A DNA stretch of 64,000 nucleotides from Octopus vulgaris. Lineage: Eukaryota. The notes below the pieces were generated by a model. That model was not told the DNA's origin. It saw only the letters and a list, made by a program, of their open reading frames with translations, and searched no databases. Within the stretch, counting starts at the first letter, position 1; the number at the start of each line of letters is the position of its first letter. This document shows positions 37,980-50,801 of this stretch, one piece after another. The translations under genes and the position numbers were made by a program. The stretch covers positions 47,492,001 to 47,556,000 of the forward strand of contig OX597821.1 of the NCBI GenBank assembly GCA_951406725.2, in the 5' to 3' direction.

Positions 37980-38595
37980 TAGGTGCAGGTGAGGCTGTGT
38001 GGTAAAAAGCTTGCTTCCCAACCACATGGTTCCAGGTTAAGTTTCACTGTGTAATACCTTGGACAAATGACTTCTAATAAAGCCTTGGGCTGACCAAAGC
38101 CTTGTGAGTGGATTTGGTAGAGGGAAACTGAAAGAAACTTGTTGTGTATATATATATATATATAGTTGAAATTTACAGAAAAACAAAAGATGAAGACAGG
38201 TGTATAAACAACAAGCAGGTGTATTAGTTTGATGTTCGTGAAGGTGAGAAAGTCTTTTATGTTTCAAGCCTATGCTCTTCAGCAGAAAGGAACACGAGGA
38301 AATAAACAGAGAGAGAATAAATAAAAAATAAAAATGGTGAGAGAACAAAAGAAACTTGTGGATTTAGCGGTGGGGAGAGTCTTTGTGTCTGTGTGTGTTC
38401 CGCCATCACTGCTTGACATCTGGTATTGGTGTGTTTATGTCCCCATAAGTTAGCGGTTTGGCAAAAGAGACCAATAGAATAAGTGCTAAGTTTAAAAAGC
38501 CCTGGGGTTGATTTGTTTGCCTAAAACTCTTCAAGGCAGTGCTCCAGCATGGTTGCAGTCAAATGACTGAAACAATTAAAAGAATAAAGGATATC
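37980..38595 (+). mobile_element. tRNA-derived SINE family C, with a family H element inserted in its internal (TA)n
   Basis: ggctgtgtggtaa...ggttccaggtt head; gtggatttggtag..ggaaactgaaagaa; 3' gtgctccagcatggttgcagtcaaatgactgaaac. Confidence 0.8.
38163..38345 (-). mobile_element. Family H element with hammerhead-like motif at 38252-38294
   Basis: Minus strand CTTT-CTGCTGA-A-GAGC atag GCTT-GAAA-CA-TA-AAAG. Confidence 0.7.
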
Positions 38596-38665
38596 TATCT
38601 ATCTATTTATCTATCTATCTATACACATATATATATATATATATATATACATACATATATATATG

Positions 38666-38740
<75 letters not shown>

Positions 38741-38767
38741 GTATATATATACATATATATATATGTA

Positions 38768-38824
<57 letters not shown>

Positions 38825-39013
38825 ATGTTACCATGTCTGTATTTGTCAATGTGTGGGATGCAAACGCACGCACACACATATACGCACAAAAACACTGTGT
38901 GTGTGTGTGTGTGTGTGTGCACAATAGTTTGTGATTGTGTTGAGGTCAGTGTGTACTTATCAGTACATGTAGGTCTGTATGGATATATGCATTCATGTAT
39001 GTGTATAACTAAG

Positions 39014-39060
<47 letters not shown>

Positions 39061-39319
39061 GTGTCATTGAAAATGTATGCATATGTATATGTGTGAGTGA
39101 GTACATCAGTGTATGTATTTGTACGTCTATATTTGTATGCTTGCATGTATGTATACATACCTCTATGTATATATGCGTGTGTGTATAAATGTTTATGTGT
39201 GTGTGTATGTGCATGCATGTTATTTATGCAACAAGAGGTTTCCCTGTGCCAGGCAATAGCTTCAGGCATTGTCACAGCCATTTCTACAGATGAATCATCA
39301 GCGAAATATTCACCCGTCC

Positions 39320-39750
39320 TCACCACATAATCTCCCCTAACTCCACCACCTCTCCAACCACCACTGGTATTACCAACACTAACACTACTACCACCACCAC
39401 CACCACCACCACTACTCTTACAACTATTACAACAACCATTGTCAATGTCATTACTACTAACACCACAGCCACCACCACTATTGCAACTATCGCCACCACC
39501 ACCACCACCACCACCACTGCAACTACCACCTCCGACACACTGCCGCCACCATTGTAACTAACACTGTCACCCCCACCCCATCGCCACCTCCACCACCCCA
39601 CAGCTGCTGTCACTACCACTGTCAGTAACACCATAACCACCACCACCACCACAAACATTGTAACTACCACCATCGCCACCACCATTCACACCGTAACCAC
39701 CATCACCACCACTAACACTATAACCTCTCCACCTCCTCTACCACCATCCA
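39320..39750. repeat. Degenerate (ACC)n low-complexity tract
   Basis: Direct sequence. Confidence 0.9.
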
Positions 39751-40501
39751 TTTCTGGCCATCAGGACTTTCCTTACCATGTTGAAATTTATATTTTATAT
39801 GTCTTTTCTATTTCTTTTCTCAGCCAACGCCACCATCTCCGATACAACAGAAGGTAGGGGGATAGATCTAGCCAACGCTCTATTTGCCTGGCCTAACCTG
39901 TCCTAGCCTCACTGACTGAGTCATAGATTCAACAGTTACAAACCCTCACATCTAACCCTCCGCAGCTTTGCCAAATATTTTATTATACATGAAGGAATGA
40001 AGAATTGTTCCAGGTTGACTGATTACTTCTCTATTTTAAAAATGAAGACTAACAGCTAAATTTATATATAACTAATTATACATACACATCACACTCGCAT
40101 AAATGTACATCCATATATATGTGTGTGAGTGTGTGTGTTTATGTATATTTGTGTGTATACACACACACACACACACACATATATATACACGCACATGCAA
40201 TTCAAATATGAATTAGAAGAAATGCTAGTGTTGTAAATGTTATTGACCACACACACTCAATGTACAGGCTATGTTTGTTTACCACTAAGTTGCAATTTAG
40301 TGCATTGAGGATGACTTCTTTCAAAGCTTCAGGTGTTAAAATAACTGATAGTCATAATGGACAGGTGAGACAACTTGCCCCATATCTCATTCCGGAGTGT
40401 GCCACCTACCAGCAAACAACCAAAGCACATACATTGAGTATGTGTTGTTGATAAATTTATTCCTATATTTTATGCATTTATATAAGAGTATATAATGAAT
40501 T

Positions 40502-40558
<57 letters not shown>

Positions 40559-40708
40559 GGTGAATGAATTATCCTATGTTTATCGTCAGCATAGAAAATT
40601 CGTTTAACCGAAACCTGGGTAGCAAATTCACGTCAGAAAACACGGTTGAAGCGACCTCGAGAGTAAAGGAATTTTGTTAACATCTTCGTTCGACTCCATT
40701 CTTTCATT

Positions 40709-40816
<108 letters not shown>

Positions 40817-41714
40817 TTAAAATATAAGAGTGTATAAAATATTTTTATACACAAAGAGGAGACCTTTGACAGGACTCCTTACATGCTAAAAAGGCCAGTT
40901 ACAACCCAAACCATGTAAAAAAGAATTCATGAGGCATGATAGTATATATATATATGTCAGTTTCTCATGGGAATTGGATAATTAGGTGGTTACCTAAAAT
41001 CCAGTATGGAAAGAATAGTAGTGGCTCGCTGTTACTGGGGGTCAGTAAGTGTCATAACCTGTTTGAGGGTAACTGTGAAAACAAATGGGATGAGAGATGA
41101 TCGGTGGTATTCCATCAAGACTTACATCACTTTCCCCCTAAATACCTGAGTGAGTGGTAACTCCTAACTGGCAACAAAGGCTTAGTATGTACACAGAAGG
41201 AGTGCAAAAGATGGGGAGTGTAGAGGTATCCAAACTTGAACACATTTGTTGATGTATATGCGTATGTGTGTGTTTATGAATGTGAGGTTGTGTGAGGTGG
41301 GCAGCGTGTTGGACTGTCTGGAAGACTGATGGTGGAAGCCCTAATTTTTATAATCACATTGGAGTCTGTGGCTGATTGATCATATGCTTCCTTTTATATG
41401 GGCATGACCAGAAAACTTTGCTTTTGCACCTTAAGTAGTCATTTGGATGAATGGTGATCCTTTGTAATCTAAGGGATTTCGAGGGGCAGGGAATATAACT
41501 CTTGACAGAATCCCACTCTCTTTGTCTTCTCCAGATCAATTCCATCTTTTCGCAGCACTCAAAAACAGGATATGACACTTGCTGAGCTCAGCCACTCTTA
41601 CTAACATGGTGTTAGATAATCACCTAATTACCTAATTCTTATGAGGATGTGATTATTAAGATTAGCTAAAATTGACTTACAATATTGTCCACTACAAAGA
41701 TTAATATCTATTCT

Positions 41715-42082
41715 TTTATTCTTTTACTCGTTTCAGTCATTTGACTTCAGCCATGCTGGAGCACCACCTTGAAGGGTTTTAGTCAAACAAATTGACCCCA
41801 CAACTTATTTCTTATTTATTGGTCACTTTGCTGAACTGTTAAGTTACAACATGTAAACAAACTAACACCAGTTGTCAAATGATGAAGGGGGGACAGACAG
41901 ACACAAATACACACACACACACGCACACACACAACAGGCTTCTTTCAGTTTCCATCTACTAAATTCACTAACAAGGCTTTAGTTGGCCTGAGGCTATAGA
42001 AGAATGCATTTTCCCGAGGTGCCATGCAGTGGGACTGAACCCAGAACCATGTGTTTGAGAAGCAAGCTTCTTACCACACAGA
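41715..42082 (-). mobile_element. SINE family C
   Basis: Reverse-complement homology to 37980-38595. Confidence 0.8.
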
Positions 42083-42148
42083 TAGATATGTTTATAAATC
42101 TCTATATATATACGATGTAAATATATTGTATGTATATATGTGTGTATG

Positions 42149-42195
<47 letters not shown>

Positions 42196-42204
42196 ATGTA
42201 CATA

Positions 42205-42615
42205 TATCTTTTTAATCTTTTTCTTGTTTCAGTCATTAGACTATGGTCATGCTGGGGCAACACTTTGAAGAACTTTAGTGGAACGAATTGACCTCAGAAC
42301 TTAATTTTTAAAAATCTTGGTACTTATTCTATCGGCCTCTTTCTCCTAACTGCTAAGTTACGGGGACATAAATACACCAACACTGGTTGTCAAGTGGGGG
42401 ACAAACACAGACACCAAAACATATGCGCACACATATAAATATATATGCAACTGGCTTCCTTCAGTTTCCATTTACCAAATCCACTCACAAGGCTTTAGTC
42501 AACATGAGGCTATAGTAGAAGATACCTATCCAAGGTGTTATACACAGTGGAACTGAACCCAGAACCATGTGATTGAGAAGCAAATTTCTTACCACATAGC
42601 CATACCTGCACCTAT
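42205..42615 (-). mobile_element. SINE family C
   Basis: Same head and 3' stem-loop. Confidence 0.8.
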
Positions 42616-42717
42616 ATAAAAATGACACAAACATAAGAATGGCACACATATGAAAACACTCAATCCACAGATTAAAATCCTACAGTGTAGTTAATTTGTT
42701 TTCATTATTTAGACATA

Positions 42718-43072
42718 TAAAGGGTAAAGACCCCTTTGGTCATGAATATCCAAGGGAATGCATCTAGAAAGTTAACCTCCGAGGCATAAGTCTGCACAAA
42801 GTTGTTTACGGAAGACCAGCAGTCGCCCATGCATGCTAGCCCCCTGCCCCCTCCACTCTCCATATCACCAATGTTATCCAAAGGGAAAGGCAAAGGCTGA
42901 TTCAACTTGGCACCAGTGATGCTGTAACTCATTTCTACAGCTGAGTGGACTGGAATAGCATGAAATAAAGTGTCTTGCTCAAAAACGCAATACACAGTTC
43001 GGTCCTAGAATTGAACTCACTACCTCATGATTGTGAGTCCAATGCTCTAACTGCTGAGCCATGCAGCTTCAC
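42718..43072 (-). mobile_element. tRNA-derived SINE (distinct family; related head at 47658-47915, plus)
   Basis: Minus-strand head tggctcagcagttagagcattggactcacaatcatgagg..gagttcaattct; gagcaagacacttt...cactcagctgta core. Confidence 0.7.
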
Positions 43073-43202
43073 ATACATATATACATACATACACGCACAC
43101 TTACATATTTATATATATATTAACTGTGTGTATGTATATATATGTGTGTGTGTGTATACTTATATGTATATGTATATACATATATATATATATAAGTATA
43201 TA

Positions 43203-43247
<45 letters not shown>

Positions 43248-43249
<2 letters not shown>

Positions 43250-43668
43250 TCTTTACTCTCTTTTAATTGTTTCAGTCATTTGACTGCGGTCATGCTGGAG
43301 TAACGCCTTTTAGCTGAGGAAATCGACGCCAGGACTTATTCTTTGTAAGCTGAGTACTTATTCTATCAGTCTATTTTGCCGAACCGCTAAGTTACGGGGA
43401 CATAAACACACCAGCATCAGTTGTCAGGCGATGTTGGAGGGTGGGGGGACAAACACAGACACACAAACACATGCACATATATTTACATATACATATACAT
43501 ATATGCAACGAGCTTCTTTCAGTTTCCATCTACCAAATCCACTCACAAGGCTTTGGTTGGCCCGAGGCTATAGTGGAAGACACTTGCCCAAGGTGCCACG
43601 AAGTGAGACTGAACCCATAACCATGTGATTGGTAAGCAAGCTACTTACCACACAGCCACTCCTGCACC
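43248..43668 (-). mobile_element. SINE family C
   Basis: Full head-to-tail homology to the other copies. Confidence 0.85.
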
Positions 43669-43671
43669 CAT

Positions 43672-44010
43672 ATCATCATCATCATCATCATCATTTAGCG
43701 TCCGCCTTCCATGCTAGCATGGGTTGGACGGTACAACTGGGGTCTGTGAAGCCAGAAGGCTGCATCAGGCCCAGTCTGATCTGGCAGTGTTTCTATGGCT
43801 GGATGCCCTTCCTAACGCCAACCACTCCGTATATATATATATATATATATATACACATACATCTGTCTTTGGTATTAGAAAGGGTATTCAATCATAGAAA
43901 CCAAGCTAAAATGAAATACAGAATCTGGTGTAGCCCCCTGGTTTTACCAGTTCCTGTCAAGCTGTCCAACACATGCCAGCATTGGAAAACAGACATTAAA
44001 TGATAATGAT
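43672..44010. mobile_element. Two family A fragments in opposite orientation
   Basis: 43672-43830 (minus) and a diverged copy at 43865-44010 (plus). Confidence 0.7.
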
Positions 44011-44959
44011 GCCTCTGTGTGTGTGTGTTTATGTCTGTGTATCAGAGTGTATTTTGAGTGTATGCATACATGTATATATGTATATATTCTACTATTAGAT
44101 CAAATTACCTTTTGGAGATACACTTTTTTTTAATACACATCTGTATTGACTTTCACTTTAGTAATGCTTTCCCCTATGTATTTATTTTTATTTTATTTTA
44201 TTTTATCTAGTTTCAGCTCACGAGCTGTGGCCATGCTGGGGCACCGCCATGTATATGCATAAATGTAATTCTTTTTCCAAATAAATTGCATTTCAAGTTT
44301 ATTGCTCCAATGGAGCTATAAACTTCAAGTTTATTGCTCCAATGAAGCTATATAAATTGCTCCAATGAAGCTATAAGGCATTATTCAAGCGTTCAACTAT
44401 GAATCCACTGCATCTTACAGCAGAAACAGCTGTAAGCTAATGGAGTTAATAAGATAATCGTTTATTCCTTTGTCATCTCATTTTCTTTTGTGCGTGTGTG
44501 TGTATGTGTGTGTGTGTGTGTGTGTACATACGAGTACATACATGCACGCTCTCACACACAGACACACACACACATACGCACGCATTAGGTTTGTTTGTTG
44601 CTGTAGAAAATCAAATGTTTGAACTTATTAATTTGAAAATAACTGCATAATATCAGGTTCTTTTACCAAAGATTAATGATGCTATTTATTTTGTTCTTTG
44701 TATAATATTTAATTAGTAAATTGATAATTTATCCTTATTGCTAATAACAATGTAAATAAATAACAGAGGAAAAGGATTAGAATTTATTCCCTTATATTAG
44801 AGAGTTCACAACTTCTTTATAAAGATATGTAAGCAAGTGGTTATGTTGCAGGGGTTTCAGATGGCCAATTTATTTATAATTAAGCTAAACAATAATGTTA
44901 ACATTTTAAATATAAACACTTTTATGCTTTCTCAACAATAAAATTGTAGTAAAAACATT

Positions 44960-45330
44960 CCTCCCAGTTGATTCAGTTATTGATCAAAATAAAGTTGTTT
45001 GCTATCCAACAGGATTTCTAAATTCTTTCGAATCTCTCAGATTGCCGCATCACAAGCATAAGCTGAAGCTTCCTTTGTACTTCTACAATTCAGCCTAAGT
45101 TCTCTAATGATGCTAGCTTAAAAATAAAGGCATTACAGCTTCACATCATTGAAGCATCAATTCAAACTGGTTCTGTTAAGATAGAAGATACTTTTATTTC
45201 TAGGATATCCTGAATTGTAAAAATCTCATTTAAGTTTATGCACATGAAATTTCCCCTAGAATTCAGAGACAAACACTGAAAGTTGTTGGCCTGAAATTAC
45301 AAAATTTCTTCTCTCAACAGTGCATATGAT
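44960..45330 (+). mobile_element. Helitron PIF1-like helicase C-terminal remnant
   Basis: DSVID...YPTGFLNS...LPHHK.KLK; IIEASIQTG...FISRI; QRQTLKVVGL.L. Confidence 0.75.
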
Positions 45331-45934
45331 GCTGAGGTGGAGGAACAGCTATTGATATCTACATAAATTCTCCTTTGGGAAAAATATGCAGTGTTGCATA
45401 TAAAGAGGTATTGTAATTTCTGATTTCAAATAAATCTTTGATTAAATGTTTGCTATTTTCTCCCATCCCAGATTTGGTCAACTTACTGAGTAATTTACTG
45501 AGAAAGCTATTTTTCCATTTCAATTGTCATTTTTTTTGTCAATTAAATATATGCACTATTTATTTGATCTTCACTTTACTTTTTATTTGTATCATTTTTA
45601 GCTTATACATCAGTCAAAGCTCTTTTGTCAGATATTTTGTGACTTCATCAGTGAATCTCTGTACCATGTGTCTCCTCCTGTCCTGCTTATTCCATTCTGT
45701 CCTTGATGGAAGAACTTTGACAGACATATATAACTATAGGAGAGTGCTTGAATTTGTCCGTTAAATACTTTCCAATAAATTCTAGCAAGCTCTATCTTAC
45801 AAACTGTATTTTAACCAATCAACATGCCACTTAGATGTAATGGTTTGGTGAATGCACCAATATACTGGAAAGTATTTAAAGGACAAATTCAAGCATTTCT
45901 GACTGTTACTCACACCAATGACCATCCTGAAGTA

Positions 45935-46155
45935 TAATGGTATCAAATTTTTGGCACAAGCCCAGCAATTTGGGGGAGAGTGAGTAAGTCAATTATATCA
46001 GTTTCAGTAATCAGTTGGTACTTATTTTATCAACTCCAAAAGGATGAAAGGCAATGTCTACCTCAGCAGAATTTGAAGTCAGAACATAAAAATGAACGAA
46101 ATGTAACCAAGCATTTCGCTCAGTGTGCTGACGATTCTGGCAACTTGCCACCTTA
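45935..46155 (-). mobile_element. SINE family D
   Basis: ggtacttattttatcaactccaaaaggatgaaaggc is the reverse complement of the core. Confidence 0.75.
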
Positions 46156-46389
46156 TCCCAAAGTATAATGATATGATTCAACACATGTTTTCACATCAAG
46201 AATTTGCAAAAAGAAAACAAATACCTAAGAACAATAGTAGAATTGCATTCTGTAACCAACAGACATATTTGCCCAATCCCAGGCAAAATTAAAATTATCA
46301 ACAACTCCATTGCATCTTCATAACAAAGTCTATACCTGGACTTGAAACCCTCTCCTTCAAACACTCATACGTGGAAACTGACAGGAGCA

Positions 46390-46585
46390 ATCATCATCAT
46401 CATCAACATCATCATCATCGTTTAACGTCCGCTTTCCATGCTAGCATGGGATGGATGGTTCGACTGGGGTCTGGGAAGCCAGGAGGCTGCACTAGGCCCC
46501 ATCTGATCTGGCAGTGTTTCTACAGCTGGATGCCCTTCCTAACGCCAACCACTCCGTGAGTGTAGTAGGTGCTTTTTACATGCCA
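46390..46585 (-). mobile_element. Family A RTE-associated 3'-end fragment
   Basis: Same sequence as 952-1082 and 43672-43830. Confidence 0.8.
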
Positions 46586-47289
46586 CAATATTTGTGTGTG
46601 TGTGTGCATACACACGTGTGTGCGAGTATGTACACATGTGTGTGTGTATGTGTGTGATATTAATAAATTGAATATAATTTACAGTGAAAATTTGCAATTT
46701 CAGTTTGATGAAAATACCAGTGACTTCAGTACAAAACCTCTCGCTACAGTTCACCTGAATTCAGCATTTCTGACTGTTACTCACTCCCTCTTCATTTGTT
46801 GTTTTAGTTTCCCTCTACTGATGTAATCGGAGTGTGGAACATATTGCATCTTATTATATGTGAGATACAATGCAAAAACTATGATGGCTGTAAGCTAAAG
46901 TATAAGATCTCTGATCACGTGATCTGCAGCCATTCTCTCAGCAGTATATATTGTCTTGCTCGATCCATATTTCCTCCACAGTTGACTTGTTACCAGTGGG
47001 AATGTAGGTCATGAGCTGTAAGCTAGCCAGATATCTGTTTGTTGATATGATAGATGGGTGTGAATCAAAGGAAATCTTACTGCTATTATTAGACCATGTA
47101 TATAGAAGCACATTGATAATATAACACAGAGATGCACACACACACACACACACACACAAATGTATGTCATTATTCAGTTTATTTATGTATGTAATGTATG
47201 AATGTGTGTATATTTGTATGTTTTGTTTTATGTATGTCTTCTCATGCATATACTTGCATATCTAGATATAGATGCATATATATCAAATT

Positions 47290-47396
47290 GATTTATACTT
47301 AAATGATAAACTCCTGGAAAGTTTTACAGATTTTTATAGTTCCCGTGATGGCTTGGATCTGTAGATGCACATGCACACGTGAAAGCACGCATGCAC

Positions 47397-47449
<53 letters not shown>

Positions 47450-47612
47450 TGTCATAATTCAGTTTTTCCCTTTCTGGTTTTGAGAAGACTAATTTCTCAA
47501 GATTGGTACTTAGGCAATGTGTTACATATCCTAGTGCCCCACTAATTACAGGTATAAACCTGAACTTGTAATCTGGAGAGAATAACTGCAAATTTTTCAG
47601 TAGTTCAGCATA
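47290..47612 (-). mobile_element. C-terminus of a restriction-like-endonuclease (REL) LINE, split by a (CA)n tract
   Basis: YAELLKNLQLFSPDYKFRFIPVISGALGYV...REKL / LQIQAITGTIKICKTF. Confidence 0.65.
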
Positions 47613-47619
47613 GGTGTGT

Positions 47620-47650
<31 letters not shown>

Positions 47651-47947
47651 CATGTGTAAAGGCATGTGGTCTCGTGGTTAGGGTATTGCACTCACAGTTG
47701 CTAAAGCATGGGTTCAGTTCCTGGACACTTCATTTCATGTTGCTTCAGTCCATTCAGCTGTAAATGGGTAACCCTGTGACTGATTAGTCTTCCAATCAAG
47801 GGTATTGTTGGCCTGCTCACCTAGCCAGCAGGGTAGCATCATTCAAAGGCCAACATCATGTAAAATGCATCGTGAGTAGTGACGTATAACAATATCCAGT
47901 CGGTTGGTTGATCATATGATATATATGTGTGCGTATATATGCATATG

Positions 47948-48180
47948 TGGAGGCGCAATGGCCCAGTGGTTAAGGCAGTGGACTAGCGGTCGTAGGATCA
48001 CAGTTTCAATTCCCAGACCGGGTGTTGTGAGTGTTTATTGAGCGAAAACACCTAGAGCTCCACGTGTCTCCAGCAGGCGGTGGTGGCGATCCCTGCTGTA
48101 CTCTTTTGCCACAACTTTCTCTCACTCTTCTGTTGGCCTGCTTGCTTAGCCAGCGGGGTGGCGTCATTTGAAGGTCACGG
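47948..48180 (+). mobile_element. tRNA-derived SINE family E (shorter variant)
   Basis: tggaggcgcaatggcccagtggttaaggcag...gtttcaattccc; homologous to 57697 and 63500 copies. Confidence 0.8.
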
Positions 48181-49942
48181 TAATCATGGTGATATATGCA
48201 TGTATATAAAATTGATTTATATACATACACACGTACGTATAGAAATCAAGGTTTTAGAAGTAATTCTTTCTTTACAATGCAAGCATATTTTATAATGTAT
48301 ACTATATTTGTATTTAATTTTCTCTTTTATTTTTCATCATAACGTGCTCTGATATGACCAATATTAAGACAGTTGAATCCATTAAAATAATTTGGAAAAC
48401 AAAATTTCATGTTTTCTTCTCTCAATAATTGAATTAAAATATATTCAAACTGAAATACTATGTTAGTATTGGTGTTTAACCACTAGCAGACGCTCCAGCC
48501 CAGAGGAGCGTTGTCTCCTCTCCTTATCTATCCTGTCATTACTATAATGATTGCTCTTCCTTGAAATGGGCAGTCACATAACTCCTCAATTCAGTGACCC
48601 CTAATCCACTGGTCTTTTAACCTCTTATCACTCTTGGTGCATCCAAGTATCCAGCCCCTTTGGTCCCTCATTAACCATTGTTCCCTGTCCTCTTTCGGGA
48701 ATTTCCTTCTTGCCCCTCACTTTTCTGCGGGTGTTGACTTTAAATTGAACATTAACAGCACCACTCTTATTGGTTTTGGAGGATCTAAAAAGTCACGGGC
48801 ACTATTACTTACTCCTGACTCAGAGACTAAAATAAAAAGTTTGTTTCCAATATGAAGCCTAATAGCTTTGGGCAAGGGATGATGGTAACAATCTTTTTTT
48901 TTTTCATTTTTGTAAATGTTTGAGTGAAACCTTCTGTTTACGTAGCATCAATGCCTTGTGTCTATGAGTGGTAGATCAAATCTGTTACCTTGTTTAACCC
49001 CACTACATAATTCTTGAGTACCTTCAGTGGATTTTGCTCTGTTACAAATATTGAGGTCAGGAGTCACCATGGTATTTTATACTACCTAAAACTATGGATC
49101 ACGTGTTCATCCCACTATTTGCCCCACCATTTACATGGGCCTGACATTAATGTCGCTCCTGTTCTTTTCTCTCTAGAATATCATAAAATATTTGCCAGGC
49201 AGTTGAGTACCCCTATTTAATGTGAGTATTTTCAAGGATACGTGGGTAACTGCTATAATGAATTTAGTTTCTTTATTTCAATGTCTTTGGTTCAATTTCT
49301 GTACCAAGTGAAGGCAGGCACCGACTTTGCATATTTCATCTATCTAGGGGGGGGGGGGAGAAGCTGAGTCAATAAACTACAGTAAGTAGCTGTAATATAC
49401 TGGAGTTTATTCAGTCAACTATACCTTTTTTCCTACAGTATAGTAGCCTTGTACCAGTGTAAAAGTCAGTATTTCAACCAATATGAATATATAATGATAT
49501 GGAAATGATAGAATATTTCTTTGGGCACTTAATGAACTTTGAACAACAATTTACATTTACATTATTAACAATAAATAGCTTGTCTGAAAAAAAAAAACTA
49601 TTTACTTTCAACAAATATAGAAAGCTAGAGCTAATATTCTATTTCAGACTATTGACTTATTAATTGGAAATTAAGTATATTTAATTAGTTTACGAATATT
49701 CATAATTTGATCAAAATATGCAGATACTACTATTTATTAATTCAGAACACAGGTAAAACAATTTGAGTCAACTTAAAATTTGTAATCAATAAAATTGGTC
49801 AACTTGAACCAACTTTGGGAAATAGCAATGAATATTAATAAATGGAATATTACATACATACATTCATAAACATACATATATGTATCTATATATATATTAA
49901 TTGTTATAATTGTTATAATTGTTGCTGAGATAGGTTCTCTTT

Positions 49943-50026
49943 CTTTCCTGATGAGAAGATTGCATTATTTTACACAGTTTATTCCTTTGGAATAAAACAA
50001 ATGTTGTCTTCGAAACATGTCGAAAG
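49943..50026 (+). ncRNA. Minimal type I hammerhead ribozyme, canonical core, in a PLE pseudo-LTR remnant (~49900-50070)
   Basis: CTTTC-CTGATGA-GAAGA...TCTTC-GAAA-CATG-TC-GAAAG. Confidence 0.85.
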
Positions 50027-50161
50027 TAAAAGAATTTGAATAATATCTGCATTCAACTCCATTTATTTACTTATATACATATATATATATATATATATAA
50101 ACATATATACATATATACACACACACACATATATGTATATATACATACATACATACATACA

Positions 50162-50193
<32 letters not shown>

Positions 50194-50329
50194 CACACAT
50201 ACAAATATATTTATATGCACCTATATGAACGTACATACTTAAGGCAAGCTGGCAGAATCATTAGCCTGTTAGACAAAATGCTGGATAACACGCAAAATAC
50301 CCCCTGCACCCTTTACAAAACTCACCCAC

Positions 50330-50545
50330 ATTGTTGAGCCATGACTCAGAAAGGGTGATAATTTGATGGTGCAAGGTTGGGATTTTAAGCAGGATGAAAC
50401 AGCACTTCCAGCCCCTCAGGTTTCTTGAGTTTGTGCTTGGTCACATTGGCAGTGTCTGTTGGGACATTATCACGCTGGAGAAGTGCTTGTCTTCAATTGA
50501 CCAATGCCAAGTAGTGGGCTTTCAAAGCATGCAGTTGTTGAGCAT
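50330..50545 (-). mobile_element. mariner transposase remnant
   Basis: LQRDNVP.DTANVTK.KL; EVLFHPA*NPNLAPSNYH (cf. HDNARPH...YSPDLAPSDYH). Confidence 0.7.
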
Positions 50546-50801
50546 AAAGGTTAGTGTTGACAGTATATATATATATATATATATATACTTTCACAATATA
50601 GATATATTATCATTTTATATTTCGAAAAATATTCAGACAATGGGTATTTAAAAAAAAAACTATACTCAGTTTACCAGCTGATGGTTGTAAATGAGTAACT
50701 CAAAGTACTGGAAATTGGGGCGTTTCAGTTATAATTTATTAAAGAATAATATATTGAGTCCTATAATTTATGTTTCTGGTGAATCAACAGATATATATAT
50801 A

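Noticed and set aside
44292-44375. Three short tandem repeats (attgctccaatg.agctata)
   Set aside because: Simple local duplication without unique spacers; not CRISPR-like
47948-48030. tRNA-like sequences (also 57697, 63810, 37980)
   Set aside because: SINE heads followed by SINE bodies, with TSDs in two copies; no complete cloverleaf
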